DNA from: Podarcis vaucheri
Taxonomy: Eukaryota
Direction: 5' to 3' (one strand)
DNA length: 64,000 nucleotides
Assembly (NCBI GenBank): GCA_965113315.1
Contig: OZ220371.1
A model generated the notes under the pieces. That model made no database searches. It saw only the letters and a list, made by a program, of their open reading frames with translations, and was not told the DNA's origin. Position 1 is the first letter of the stretch, and each line of letters opens with the position of its first letter. The translations under genes were made by a program, and so were the position numbers. Of this stretch, positions 1-13,012 are shown one piece after another.

Positions 1-910
1 CATGCTACTCCACATACAGAATTGCTGACATGCTCCCATTGGCATCCCTCACCTATGTGGAGATCCATGTATGTGGGAGGCTGGAGGCACACACTGCTGC
101 ATGTTCTTTTTTTCTGTTATTATTCTCACTGAATCTTTGGAATGGAGGGTATGAACCTAACCATCTAAATAAATGCTTGTAGTGCCTAATTGCTGTGGGC
201 ATCATATTAGCAAGAACTCAAGCCTGCTGACGGGTTATTTTTGTCTGCGTGCTTCCTTGGTGCTTATTTGATTAGCTGGCAGTTTTTCTGAAGTGACCTC
301 TTAAGATTTATAACCAAGTGTATTTTCATTATATATCAGTGTTACCACACAAATTCGCTGCATTTCTGTCTCTGGAAGAGCAGAGTGCTTCTCAAAATAG
401 ACCCTTGGCCATCAGCATTAGCGTGGAACATGCGTTCTTGATTAACCAACATGAAGAAGAGTCAAATTTGGAGGTTAAAGGAAAAGGGTTTCACAAAAAC
501 AGATTGCTGTAAATGGTAGGTTTATTTGACTAGCTAGTGGCTTCAAAATGTATAAGAAAACTGATAGCCCCCTTTTTAATTACCTCATCCTGAAAACTGC
601 TCTCAGCAAACAAATAGTTTGCAATTGGTTTGAACACATCTGGAAACGAGAAAATAATAGGATACCACTGAGGATAAAATAACTATGCTTGTGCTGAACG
701 TCTTCCCAATTCAATTTTCAGGTTGAAAGCAGTCCCTGGAGGGGAAAGAACCCCCCCTTAAAAGTAAATTGTTCAAATGTTCACCTTCCCCCAGTTCTGT
801 TTGCTTGAACTGCTGCTGATTCTGTGTCTTTTTTCTCATGGCTCTTCTGAAGTCACATGCTTTGTCCCAGCCAACTGTGGATCATGTTGTGAGCATGATG
901 ATTTCACAGC

Positions 911-1350
911 TAGGGATGGAAGGATCTGTTAATTTCAGCTCTCTGTTTCTTATTTTTCTATTCTTAAATTCTGCCCTCCACATTTTGCAGCAATTTACAA
1001 TTAAATAATAATTCTCACAAAAATTCATCAGCATATTTAGTGTGAATTTATCCACATAAACATATTTTTATATACTATTTTGATCAATGTGTGCACATTT
1101 CTGCAAACAGTTTCCCCACATATAATGCATTTTTGTTTGTTATTTTCACTAATATATTCATTTTTATGCACATTTTCTTAATATATGCATTTTTGTAAAC
1201 ATTCCTTTGTTGGCAAACTGAAAAGTAAAATTTGGATAAGTGTGAATTTCAAAGAATAGTTGTGTTTCACTTCACATATTGTTCAGAAAGTGCTAATTTG
1301 ACAGATCCGGCTTTAAATGAGACCTGAATCAAATTTCTCCCCCATCCGTA
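911..1350. mobile_element. Non-autonomous hAT (Ac-like) DNA transposon
   Basis: Ends TAGGGATG...CATCCGTA. 8-bp flanks TTCACAGC / GTCACAAC match 6/8. A degenerate second copy lies at ~40965-41260. Confidence 0.65.
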
Positions 1351-2161
1351 GTCACAACACACATAGCCAGTCATATCTGGCTGCTACATGGTGATGATTT
1401 TGACAGCAAACAATGCTAGTTTGAGTGAATGCAATGTTTCCTAGCAAAAATTATACAGGTGATCCTTGCCGTTCTGAAATCATTCATTATACGGAATGAA
1501 TCACAAGGCATACAACAATTGGATTTGGCTACCTGATAATGTCACTAAGGGCAAATGAAGCCAATTCAGAGTGAGGTCTGTGCTGCCTCAATTAGCAACA
1601 CTTTTGAGACTTCTTGAAGCAGAAATTGTTCATGAGAAACAGGCTCACTCAGTTTAGCCCTAAAGGTAATGCCTGCTGTGTTGTTATAGTTTATTTATTT
1701 TCTTACTGATTGATTACATTTATATCCCATTGTTCCTCCAACAAGCCCGAGATGATGTTTCTGATTGTCACACACATACCACTTTATCCTCACAACACCC
1801 CTGTGTCAAATGCAGCAAGGGCTGAAAATGGAAACCTTTGGCTACCCCACAGGGTGAGCTGCTGAATTGCATGTTGCAACTTCTGCCTAGGCAGCTTAGT
1901 ATCTTCAGGTCCTGGACCTGGACTCACTCCACCCAACCAGGCTGGTGATTGGATCTTCCTGGACAGGCAGGACTATAATAAAGCTTTCTATTGCAGTTAG
2001 TTAAGCCTTACTTGAACAGTAAGGTCTTCCTGAGTTCTTACATTCTTTGATTTTGGCTTCCTCCTTGATCATGGCTTGTCATATTTTGTAATTAGTCTTT
2101 GGTCAACCACTGGCTTTGTCCCATGATTCACCTTAGACGGCTTCCTATTGATCAGTTCTCA

Positions 2162-2558
2162 CCAGTGTTGGCCTAAGGTATTTTGCTGCATGAGGCAAAG
2201 GACAAGATGGCTTCTCCTTCCCATTCTATTCACCAAAGCCAACTGTTGAACCTTACTTGAATGCTGGCATTTAGACAGCATTTTCCACTGCACCTGAGGC
2301 AGCAGGCTACTTTAGGGGGTCTAGGACAGGCCATGTGGTGTGTATGTGTGTAAACTCCCCTGTGATCCTTGGAGGAAGGGCAGTATAGAAATTTTGTGCA
2401 CAACAACAACAACAATAACGTGTATATGGGTTAAGTGTGTATGTGCTCTCCAGCACAGGGGAATGACCAGGTATGGACAGCTGTGCGGGCTACTATAAGT
2501 GTCTCACAGTAACTGCTGTCCAAGACAGCCACCTCTGCCTAATGTAAGGGGTGGCCCT
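2162..2558 (+). repeat. Interspersed repeat, probably a hAT-type MITE (copy 1 of 3)
   Basis: Shares 'gaggcaaaggacaagatgg...cccattc' and 'cactgcacctga..gcag' blocks with ~20906-21640 and ~61855-62120. Ends ...ctctgcctaatg..ggggtggccctg. Confidence 0.5.
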
Positions 2559-3489
2559 GGTCCCAACACCCTTAGGCTGAGAAATACCCAGTGAGATACC
2601 CAAGGACACCCAGTGAGCGTCACTAGGTTGAAATGTGAACCTAGGTCTCCCCATAATTTGCACTCAAGCATCAGAATACATTGTGCAATGGTTATATGTT
2701 CCAAGGTGATGGTGAAGCCTAAAGGCCTACATCTCATGATGGGCAAACAAAATAGGCAGTTCTGCAAAGTTCTTTCGAAGTCTCCTTGCTTCACTTCTAA
2801 AACCAGGAAAAGGTCCAAAATGGTACAGCTTTATTGAAAATACCCCAGTGTTTTTCTAACAAAGCTCTCGTCCATGGAAATGACTTAAAATTACAAATCC
2901 ACATGCCTAGGTAATTTAATTTAGTTGTTAATCTTTAAACATTTTTTTGAAGAAAATACTTGCACGGTATGCCTTGGAATCCTCTTTAAGTCTTTTGTTT
3001 ACATTGTTTTGGACTTTCCTTCCTTTGTCATGTTTATCCTCTTGTGTAGCCCTTCTAACTTGACTCTCTGTCTTGCCTCCGCAGTGCCCAGAAAGTTTGC
3101 TTGCTGCAAGCCTGCCTAAGGCACTTGAGGTGATTTAAATGGCAGGCTGGGGCCACTCCGACACTTCAAATGTGCCATTTGTTGCTTCTTGGCCTTTAAA
3201 ATGATTGAATACCATGGAATGCAGTAGGGATGCCATAGGCTGTGTTGAGGACCCCAGAGGGTCTGATACAGCCCCGGAGCCTTGCCTTGGCCTCTAAATT
3301 TCCATGTTAGTTTTAGGAGTCATCACTTCCTACTATTCTGATGTCCTTTTCATCATGTGAAATGTAGGTGGCCTCCTTGTTTATTGGCCTGCTTTCTGCC
3401 TGGTTTTGTAGTTTGCTGAACATCCATTGGCCCCTCCTCCCCTACTACTTATCATTTAGGCAAATCGGTCACTGCCTCACCAACTTCAG

Positions 3490-3700
3490 TATGACCTCTG
3501 ACAACCCTCACCTCCATGACTTCTTAAAACTAGTCCAAGGAGTGGTGCAGCGTATCAGTTTTCTCCTCCTAAATCTCATCTTTGGCCTTGTAGAATTCAG
3601 CAAGGAGGATGGTGACAAAATTGGTTTGCCCTGCCTGCCAGTGTCTCTTATACCACCTGCCTTCTGCTCTACCAGTTCCAATGGGCACCAGCCACTATTG
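3490..3700. repeat. Unclassified interspersed repeat (paralogous to ~39570-39770)
   Basis: The block 'cttaaaac.agtcca.gg...ctcctcct...cctt g.agaattcagca.ggaggatgg.gaca' occurs at both loci. Confidence 0.5.
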
Positions 3701-5273
3701 GTTGTAATAGACAAAAGGTTTCCAATTATGTTCAGAGGCAATAAGCCAGCAACCCTTTCTCAAGCAGTCACTTACCACAATGTGCTTAGACTCACTTGGT
3801 AGGCTAGTAATCTGTATTGTTTTGTCAAGTGTTAGAATCTTTTCACTGGATTTATGTCCTGATGTAAAGGTATGATAAAGTTTTCATCACAACTTTGCAG
3901 GTTAATATAGACAATATTGTAAATTGTGTGCTTTAGCTATGTGGTTAGGTGCACATTGTTGCAAAGACAATTGCTTTTCAGCTGCAACAGACCAAGATGG
4001 CTAATCCCTCTGAAGCTTATATGCAACGGTGAATTATTGCCTGTATTTGTGTGTCCCTGTTGCAGACAGAATGCTGGACTAGATGGACCCTAGTCTGATT
4101 CAGCAAAGTGACTTGTGATGTTCTTAAATAGAACAAAACTGTAGTTGAGCCAGCTGGCCTTGGGCAAATGAATCTTTCCCCACTACTTATCTCCAAATTT
4201 CTCTGCCTTAGAGAAGGAAAGGCATGGCAGTGAAAGGTCAGTTAAAAAGAAGAAGTGGCAGCCCTTGACTTTATTTTGGGGAAGGCTAATGCTCCTTTCT
4301 CATGCTTTGTATGCTATAATGTAAAGTTAGTTCTGCACAAGGTTTGATAAACTTCTTGTCATCTTGCTGTATACCAGCTGAGCACCTGACATCAGAAGTA
4401 TATATGAGCTTAATTGGAGCAAAGCCCATGATGATCAAGGAGTTCAGTGTAAGCATTTGGGGTTTATCTAGTTTGCTCGTTAAAATAAAATGCTTGTTCT
4501 CTAACACAGTTCAGGATACCACAGTAAGTCATACTTCTAAGTTAAGCTCTAGCCCTGGGGCTCTTGGTGCTCTATCAAATATAAGCCTATGGTGTTCTGT
4601 GTTTGTCCCCTTCATGTCCAAGCTCTTTCAGACACCCATCTCTTCCTTTGCAAACAGCAAACTGCTTCATATGTGGAGGAGCCATACATAATGAACATCT
4701 GCATAAAGCCCCCCTTCACAAGGACACTGAACATCCGGCCACCAGGGAATGTGACCAGTAGATGTGTTGTGTCTTGACTAGCAGGTGCAATCCTGCTCCT
4801 CAGTCCTGTGTTCAGTGCATTCATAAAGGAGTGTGGTCTGAACATCCCCCATTGAGCAATGAACACATATTCTAAAATTCTCACAGGGAGAGATAACAAA
4901 ATAAACATATTTTCTAAGCAATGAGGCGATTTAATAAATGTTTTTATTCTTGGCATTGCAAGGAATTATAATGATGGTTTATATCATCTCTGGTGTTTTG
5001 TTCTGGCAATATTTTTCTTCTCTGCATATGTTTTTCATTAGTTATTTTTTTAACAGTAAGTTAAAGCCTAGCATAGTTTTTGTTAGAGTCTATGTGTTGC
5101 AATTATGTAGTCAGAATAATAATAAAAATAGCATGCAAACCATATTTCAGATGCACTTTTTAATGCTCTCCTTGTCTATGCAACTGTGTATCCAGAGAGT
5201 TGGCTTCAATAGCCTTATAAAAGCTTTCTGGATTAGAATTTCTCATCCAACTGGACAGAAAGTGCTTATAAAC

Positions 5274-6032
5274 TAAGGTTACCAGATTTTTTTCAAAGAT
5301 TCCGGGGACACTTTTTTTTTTTAAGGGGGGAGTTATTAAAAAATAATAATCAAGAAATAATATCTTCTGTGATCTCCTCTGTTGCGTGGCCTTCCTCTGA
5401 CCTTCCTCTCTTGGAGCGCTATCTGCCGTGAAGTAGGCTTGGCTCGGGCCTGGGCTTGGCCACATGTCCTTGCCCTCCCGGTGCTCTCCTACCTCTCCTC
5501 CTTAGCAGCGGCTGTGGCAGGGGCGCATCAAGGTTGGGGCTCCCCTCTTTTTTCTCCTTCTTTCTCTCTCTTCCTTTCTCCTTCTCCTCTCCTTCTCCCT
5601 GCGTCAGCTCCAGGGTTTTCCTGGCCCCGGAGCACTGTTGGGCAATTGGCCGGGTCGATTTGGCTTGTGGGGTTTGTGTGTCAGCTGTTCCCCCAGTTGA
5701 CGTGCCGGGCGTCTCCAGTTTCCCCTCAGCAGCAGCGGTCTCAGCAGCCCGGAGCCAGCCTGGTAATGCAGTTGCCTCTGGCTAGTTTCAGGAGCTGCTC
5801 GCTGCCGTTGCGCCCGCCATTTTTCCTCAATGGAATTTCCCATATAATGTGTCTTGTGTTGTTGAACCAATCACACAATATTCATTCCCTACTAATAAAT
5901 CTACAACGCTTAAAATATAAACCCAGCAATGTTAAATGAAATCCGGGGACATTCTGGGGACGGATTTTTGTCTGGGGACAAATTTGTAAATCTGGGGATG
6001 TCCCCGGGAAATGGGGACGTCTGGTAGCCATA
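5274..6032. mobile_element. Non-autonomous hAT (Blackjack-like) DNA transposon
   Basis: TIRs TAAGGTTACCAGA / TCTGGTAGCCATA, repeated subterminal (C)CGGGGAC motifs at both ends, and 8-bp TSD TTATAAAC / TTATAAGC. Confidence 0.8.
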
Positions 6033-7217
6033 TTATAAGCTTTCCCTGACCCAACTCTCTTGTCTTCAGTTCCATTCTTCCTTTCTGCCTTTGTTCTTGC
6101 TTCATTCTACAACTTCCTTGAATGTTGACCATGGACTGGCTATCTAGCCATGTAACTTTCATGAGATTCTACTCAATATTGATCCAGAGTAGATTCCAAG
6201 AGTAAAAACTTAAACACATTGCAGGATTCCCAAAAAATAGATCAGAGGCGATTAATATTTCATCCAGCAGAGCTTTATTGCTAATGAAGGCAAATGAGCA
6301 TAATGGTCACAAATCCAATACATTCAGGATTGGCACTGTCCATAAGAAATCCAGTTGCAGCAGACTTAACAAACTTATAATATGCTTAAATCTTAACACT
6401 AAACATACTATGTACAAAACACCACACCAGAAGGAAAAGAGATAGAAAGAGAAAGTGAAACCCAGGCTCCTTCTGGCCTTTTAAAGTCAGCATGACCTTG
6501 ACAGAAAAGATAACAAAACCAGTTTAAGCCAGCTGTACTCAGATTCTCTGAAGCAATAACCCAAACATCATGAACCTTCTGCTTGTTTCTTTCACACAGA
6601 GAAGCTTCCAGAACCCTCTTGAATTAAGTAGAACAGGAAAGACCTCTACCCCTCAGATCAATACTTTCTGTACTAAGAAATGCAAACTGACAGTAACTGC
6701 ACACAGTAATGGACCTCCAAAACTTTACTGGGATTCCAGACTTGTTGTATACCTGCTTTGTAAGGAGGATGGCTACAATATGTGCTTCCATTCACAGGGA
6801 AAGTGAAGCAATTGGTACACTCATGGCAAGGTGGTGTTGCAAATTTGCTTGGAGGAGTGGTATGGGGGTGTTCTAATCATTTTCTTACGCCGTTTTTCAG
6901 ATATAGATAACCTCATCAAGTGCTGTTTGCTGTGCCAGGGGAAAATACAGGCAAATATATTTTTCAAAACACAGAGCAAATAGTAACCTCTCTGTGTGTG
7001 TGTGTACTGAGAGAGAGAGATTGGGTAACGTGGAAGAAGAGGAATGGTTAGATGTTCACATACTCTTGATGCTCTCCGAAGCAAATTAACAGACTCACTG
7101 CACTGCATTAAGTATTCAAAAATTGAAATCACTGGCTTCTTGGCACAATATGCAGTCTGGTCCTCAATCACTAATTTCATCCAGGCAAAATGAGTGAGCC
7201 CTTCTGTCATATATTAG

Positions 7218-7400
7218 GCACATAGGAAGCTGCTTTATACCGAGCTGGGTCATACCTCAGTACTGTCAGCACTGTCTGATAGCAGCTCTCCAAGTTTTCA
7301 TGCAGAGGACATTTCCAGCCCTAACAGGAGATGCTTTGGACTGAATCTGCGACCTGCATGCAAAGGAGATGCTCTATGCATGAGTGACGATCGTTCCCCG
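7218..7400 (-). mobile_element. Degenerate tRNA-derived SINE
   Basis: Same family as 58835-59020 ('ataggaagctgc.ttatac...ccctac..ggagatgc...gacct..tgcatgcaaa'). Confidence 0.5.
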
Positions 7401-9114
7401 TTTGACCATTGCCTCTTCATCAAGAATAGAAAATACTCAGTGTTCACCTTGCATTTTTACTAACTCTAGCCCTCCCAGTTAGTTTCATATGGAGGGCCAA
7501 TTTGTTGATTCAGAAGCACTATTGACACCCCAATATGTGCACAGTACAGTATGCAGGTCACATTATATTTCCAAACTAAATCTCCAAGGCTGCTTCCTGA
7601 ATTCATTGGGGCTTCTAAGTAAACATGGTTAGGATTGCACTGTAAATACCCATTCTCCCCTCCCACCTTTTAAACAGCAGAATCATTTAATATTATTATT
7701 TTGACAGCATTGTTTCAACCAATCAGTAGTGTACAGTTTCTTCCCCAAATGTGTGGAAATATATGGAACTGAGCTGAGTTCTTCAGAGAACTTTTTGAAT
7801 CTACATTGGCAGTGAGTACACTTCTATAGTAGCTTGGCTTTTGAATTAACATATATGTGGATGCACCCCAAGCTACCTGATTCTTCTACGTCTTAATGTT
7901 TTGTTCTGCGACATGCACAGTTCTTTTAATGACAGGATCTTGGCTTTGGTTTTGAGTTTTGTTCTAAAATTAGTATTCTACTTCACTGCTCTCTCAAAAT
8001 GGTTAGCCCTCCTGTATTTTCTCCTGCACATCATTTGTCGTGCTGTGCTCTCTCTGGTCTGGCATTCCTTTTCTGTGACCATGTTATACATAGCTGCTGT
8101 TTTCTAATATGACCTTCATAGAAAGCTTGCCCTCCTAATTTGAAGAGAATGTATAATAGCTTTGAATAGTATTTTCAAAAATAAAAATAAATAATTACTT
8201 TATATCCAGAAAATGTAAGTTATGTACAGTAATTCTAAACATCAATATACAATAAAAGATTATTAACATTCGGTCCTACAATTCACATAAATCAACAGTA
8301 TGCATTGCTGGGATCAAGCCCCTGGGAAGGCTTGCTGTGTAAAGCCAGAACACCCTTTAGAAAACTGGAAAAAACACTGGATTTTTAAATATTTAATCAC
8401 TGAACTGTGTGGGACAAATGAGGCTTCCAGTCTTCCTCTTAGGCTTTCTCCTCTCTCTCTCTCTCACTGGCTGCTGATGCAGAAGATATGAGGACCACAG
8501 GGGTTGATTGGTAGACAAAAGAAGTGCTTGACTGGTTCAGATCCAGAGGTGGGTTGCCTGGGCACATGTGCTGCTGCTGCTACTGGTGGTGGTTCCTTTG
8601 TGAGGAACATGGTGATTGGGTCAACTGTTGCTATTGTCTCTTGAGCTTATCAAAAATTTCCTTGCATGGTCTCAGAGTGTCTGTAATTCCATGGATGATC
8701 TTGAAGCAGCGTTCCGTAGTTGGGTCAAATTATGCAATTAGATCATTTGCCTTCTTTATTACTTGGAAGAGTTGATAAAATTTCTGCAGGTTCCAGCTTG
8801 CTGGCTCATGCTTGCCATCCTCATGCTCACATTCTGAACTTGATCTGATTAGCGATTCCACTTCTTCCTGGATGAGGCCAGCAAAGCCATCACCATCCAC
8901 CTAGACATTTGCACAATGTCCTCCACCTCAGTGGCAATGCTTGGAAATCCCTCGAAATTGTGCACACATTCCTTCCACAAGTTCTGCCAGCATGCATTCA
9001 CTGTTTTAGCCTTGATTGCATCCACTGCCTGTTAGATGTAGGTGGTGCAATGGGCAGTGTTGAAAGACTTCCATGCTGTAAAGCCTTTTGGCTAAGATCA
9101 AGTAAAGTGTAGTG

Positions 9115-9230
9115 TATACCAGCAGCGAAACCATACAGCTCCTTCAGCAAAGGCTTTATATGCGGGTGGTAGGCTGCTCCAGTTAGAAGCCTTGCTCTTG
9201 CATTCTGCACCAAATGCAGCATCTGGATCT
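9115..9230 (-). mobile_element. L2 LINE fragment (ORF2 C-terminal region)
   Basis: Translates to LHLVQNARARLLTG..HIKPLLKELY, resembling the L2 LQxxQNxAARL...HITPxLxxLHWLP motif. Confidence 0.6.
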
Positions 9231-9579
9231 AATGTGGGAACAACACCTGGTCATTGTTGGAAACATGCAAAACCTACCTTATGCAGGTAATATAAGTAAG
9301 TACTAACAATGTATTTAGTGTGATTTACACTCTGGGCAAGCATGACATTGCTATGGACAAGCATGACATTACCTTTAATGTAAAATAGTTTGAATGCTCT
9401 CTCGCTTTAAAAAACAAAAACAAAAAGGCAGTCAAACTACTTTGACTTTACATCAGTGGGGAAACTTTTCTCCACTACATTCATTTTGGGGACCATCTTT
9501 TTCGGGTGTGTGGGGAGGCTGGGCAAGAGGCAAAAGTGGGTGGATCCAAATGTATTTCGTTCTTAGATATTTTCTTATA

Positions 9580-9833
9580 CAGTGGAACCTCTGCTCACGA
9601 CCACAATCCATTCTGGAGGACCATCCTTATGGCGAAACAGGTTTCTGGGAGAGGTGCCGTTGTGTGCAGGCGTGGGTGGCGATTTTCCGCTTCGCGTGCG
9701 TGAACGGAGATCACCACTCCTGCGCATGCGTGAACAGTGGCAAACTCAGAAGTAACTGGTGGGTTTGCCACATGGTCGCAACTTGGAACATCCGCGAGTG
9801 GAGGCAGTTGTAAGTACTGTAGAAGTTCTACTG
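9580..9833. mobile_element. Tigger/pogo-like MITE
   Basis: TA|CAGTGGAACCTCT ... AGAAGTTCTACTG|TA. Confidence 0.65.
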
Positions 9834-9915
9834 TAAATACTTTTTCTCCTTTGGGAGTAGGTTGAGTTGAGTTTTTATATTTTATATTTTGCTTTTCCAT
9901 TGTTTTAGTTTTATA

Positions 9916-10168
9916 CAGTGGTGCCCCGCAAGACGAATGCCTCGCAAGACGAAAAACTCGCTAGACGAAAGGGTTTTTCGGTTTTGCGTTGCTTCGCTAG
10001 ACGAATTTCCCTATGGGCTTGCTTTGCAAGACGAAAACGTCTTGTGCTTTTTTTTTAAAGCCGCTTGAAGAGGCGCAGTTGCGACGGACCGTGCTTCGCA
10101 AGATGAAAAACATCGCAAGACGAAAAGACTTGCGGAACGAATTCTTTTCGTCTTGCGAGGCACCACTG
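9916..10168. mobile_element. Young Tigger/pogo-like MITE
   Basis: TIRs CAGTGGTGCCCCGCAAGACGAA / TTCGTCTTGCGAGGCACCACTG, TA TSD on both sides, repeated internal GCAAGACGAA motifs, CpGs retained. Confidence 0.9.
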
Positions 10169-12945
10169 TATGCTGCTTTTCCCTGGTGGAAATTCTGGCA
10201 CCAAGATTTGACTGCCTCTGAGCATCTGCTGAATTTTTTATGCTGCTATTTTATGGTTAAATCTTGGTGCCAGAATTTTGGCAATCAAAGCAGTGGCAAC
10301 TTGACACAGCTCACAAGTGCTCAGGAGTAAAGATTACCACAAAGTACATTGCACTTTTTTCGGAAAAAGAGGCCTCAATTTGATTCTGTCAAGGGTCTGG
10401 GCAGTGTCTTCTAGTGACAGTAGTTTTGTCATTTGCACAATGCTCTCTTTCCATTATAATTCCAATAAGTTAATGCTTTAAATAAATGGAAGCTACTGAA
10501 GTTTTGCACACTGTTTTCTACTGAGCTTTTCTTTAACTGGTTGAATATCAGTCCCTTTGTATGCGCCATGCAGCAATGTGCCACATATTGTGTTTTACAC
10601 ATTGTGTATCAGAATAAATGACACACAAAATGACAAACAACATTTTCTGTAATAATGCTAGCTGGTGACATTGCCAGCATCAGCAACAGGAAGAACAGCA
10701 CTTCATTGAGAAGGAAGATGAGGATTTATAAGGTTTGTGCTGCCCTTTCAGTTATACTGAGCACCAGGTGTAAAGGGTGCCCAACATGGTATTGTGAAAT
10801 GAAAAGTTCTCTGTTGTGCTACCAGTAGCATTACCGTCTATCATCCATTGTATTCTGCCGCTTGTGACATTCTGGAGCGAGGGAGTTTCAATTTGTGTGA
10901 CCCCTTAAATTAATGGATATCTGGCCAGGCCAGAGTATTTTAAAATACAACTTAATTTGGCTTGTCACTGCAGCTTGAAAACATGAGCCCTCCCCTTGAT
11001 AGCTCAGCATCCACTCTAAAAGTTAGTTCTGCTTTCGTGGTTATGGCATCAAAGCATTACCATCTCACTTTGTGCTGATAGGGATCAGTTTGCCTGTTAA
11101 ATTGTCCTGGGAAATAGTTTGTGTTCCCTTTTACACAAATCTGTGAGGTTACAGATTGAAAATGGAACATAATGAGTGTAACCTGAAAAGCAATTTCATG
11201 GGCTGTAGTACTTGGATGGTAATAAATTCTGGGGTTTCAGTGTGATAAAGACACAGTTTTTTTGTCCCTAGCTTTACCATTAGAAAAAAAGAGGCTGAGC
11301 TATTTGTGGCAGAACATGTCTTGCCACATGGCAGCTGTTGGTAGTTATAGTAGTGATAGTTTAGCTGCAGCAGGTGATTATCTTCCCAGTGCTGCCTCAG
11401 TATAGGTGCTTCTGAGGTTGGGAAGAGAAGAGGTAAAGGAAGGACAAGAAGACCTGATGCTCTAAGGGAGATCCAAGCCGCGGGCAACATGTCCCAATGG
11501 CAGTGGAGAATATTGGTGATGGAGCAGATCATCAGCCTTTGGTGGGCAGAGCTCAGTAAGTGCTGAATCTCATGAGAACTGTTGGCTAATTTGGATGTGT
11601 CTGCAAAGGCACTTTTATAGGGTAGCATCATTCACACATTCTGGACTTAGAATTCTTTAAGTGCATTACTTTTGCATCTGGTTGCTGAATCTTGGGGCTT
11701 TAATGAAAATCAAAATAGATCCTGCAAGCCTGAGTTCTATCTCACCCTTGGTGTATATGGCATGAAAGTTTTCAAGATGCAGCTCTTGGGAGGGATTATG
11801 TGGCAATGTGATTCTCTGGCAAGACACTCCTTGAAAAAGGAGTCTAGAATTAGGCCCTTTGTCTCTGAACTAGACTAATCTCCCGTGTGAATTGCTCAAA
11901 CAAATCCATATATAAAAACAAATAACTGAGAAATAAAAAAGGTAATTTCTTTCCTCTTATCATGTAAATCTGAAGCACATTCACAGGAATAAATGTTAGT
12001 AGCAAAGTATTTAAATTAATGCCAGTAATTACCACTATTTTTTTTCTAATTGTTTATAACCTCTTATTTTCTTCAGAGAGAAATTAAACTCTAGCTGAAT
12101 ATTTGCTTTAGTGAGTACTCTGCAGCCTGGGAAGGAGAACAGAAAACATACTTCTTTGCTCATTATGTCAATTGTTAGGTGATATGCTAATGCATACCCA
12201 TTCCATCTACTGTTTCAATCAAACAAGAAATATCTCACTTATTAGCTAAAACAACACTATGGCTTTTGGCAGAAATTAAGCCTTGTTTTGGTGTATTAAC
12301 GTTAATATTTGAATATTAGCTTATGCTTCACGTAAAAAGGCTTTGCTGCACAGAGCCTGTGTGAAATCAGGCCATGTTCTTACTAGTAAACTTCAATAGG
12401 CTTTTTACACATTACAGTCTCAGTAGGATCACAGCTTTCAGGTTAATAAAATAGGCAAAAGGTTACTATATTTAGACCCCGATCATAAAAAGCTGAAATA
12501 TGTAAGGGTGGTAGTACCAAGAGTGCTTGTGCTGTGGTTGTTACAGTGCCCTCCTGAGCATGGCAAAAGTGAACTACTACTTTGATCAGCCCCCTGCAAA
12601 CTCCCATCGGAGCCATTCATTGTGTCCAGTGATCAGGGATGATGGAGCTGCAAGTCCAACATATGGAGGGCCACAGGTTAGCTATTCATGAACTACCCTC
12701 ATTGCCTCCAGACATTTTGGATCACAGCTCTCATCATCCCTGACCATTGGTCAAGCTGTCTCAAACTGATGGGCATCATAGTCTGAAACATCTGGAGGGA
12801 AGGCTGGTTTAATGTGTAGCTTGCAACCATAACTCTCGTTTCTCTTAAATTAATTGCAGTCATCGGGATCTGTGTGTGATTGTTATCAGAATTGCAGTGC
12901 ATTGAGAGGGTTTATCTCTCCTTTCCTGCCACAACTCCCTCAAAT

Positions 12946-13012
12946 CACACACACACACACACACACACACGAGAGAGAGAGAGAGAGAGAGAGAGCGCGA
13001 GAGAGAGAGAGA
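12946..13012. repeat. Compound (CA)n(GA)n microsatellite
   Basis: Direct read. Confidence 0.95.

Noticed and set aside
6220-6600. Possible minus-strand solo LTR (also ~23182-23591, TGTTAC...GTAACA)
   Set aside because: A poly(A)-signal-like motif is present but I could not find matching TSDs, so boundaries are unsupported.
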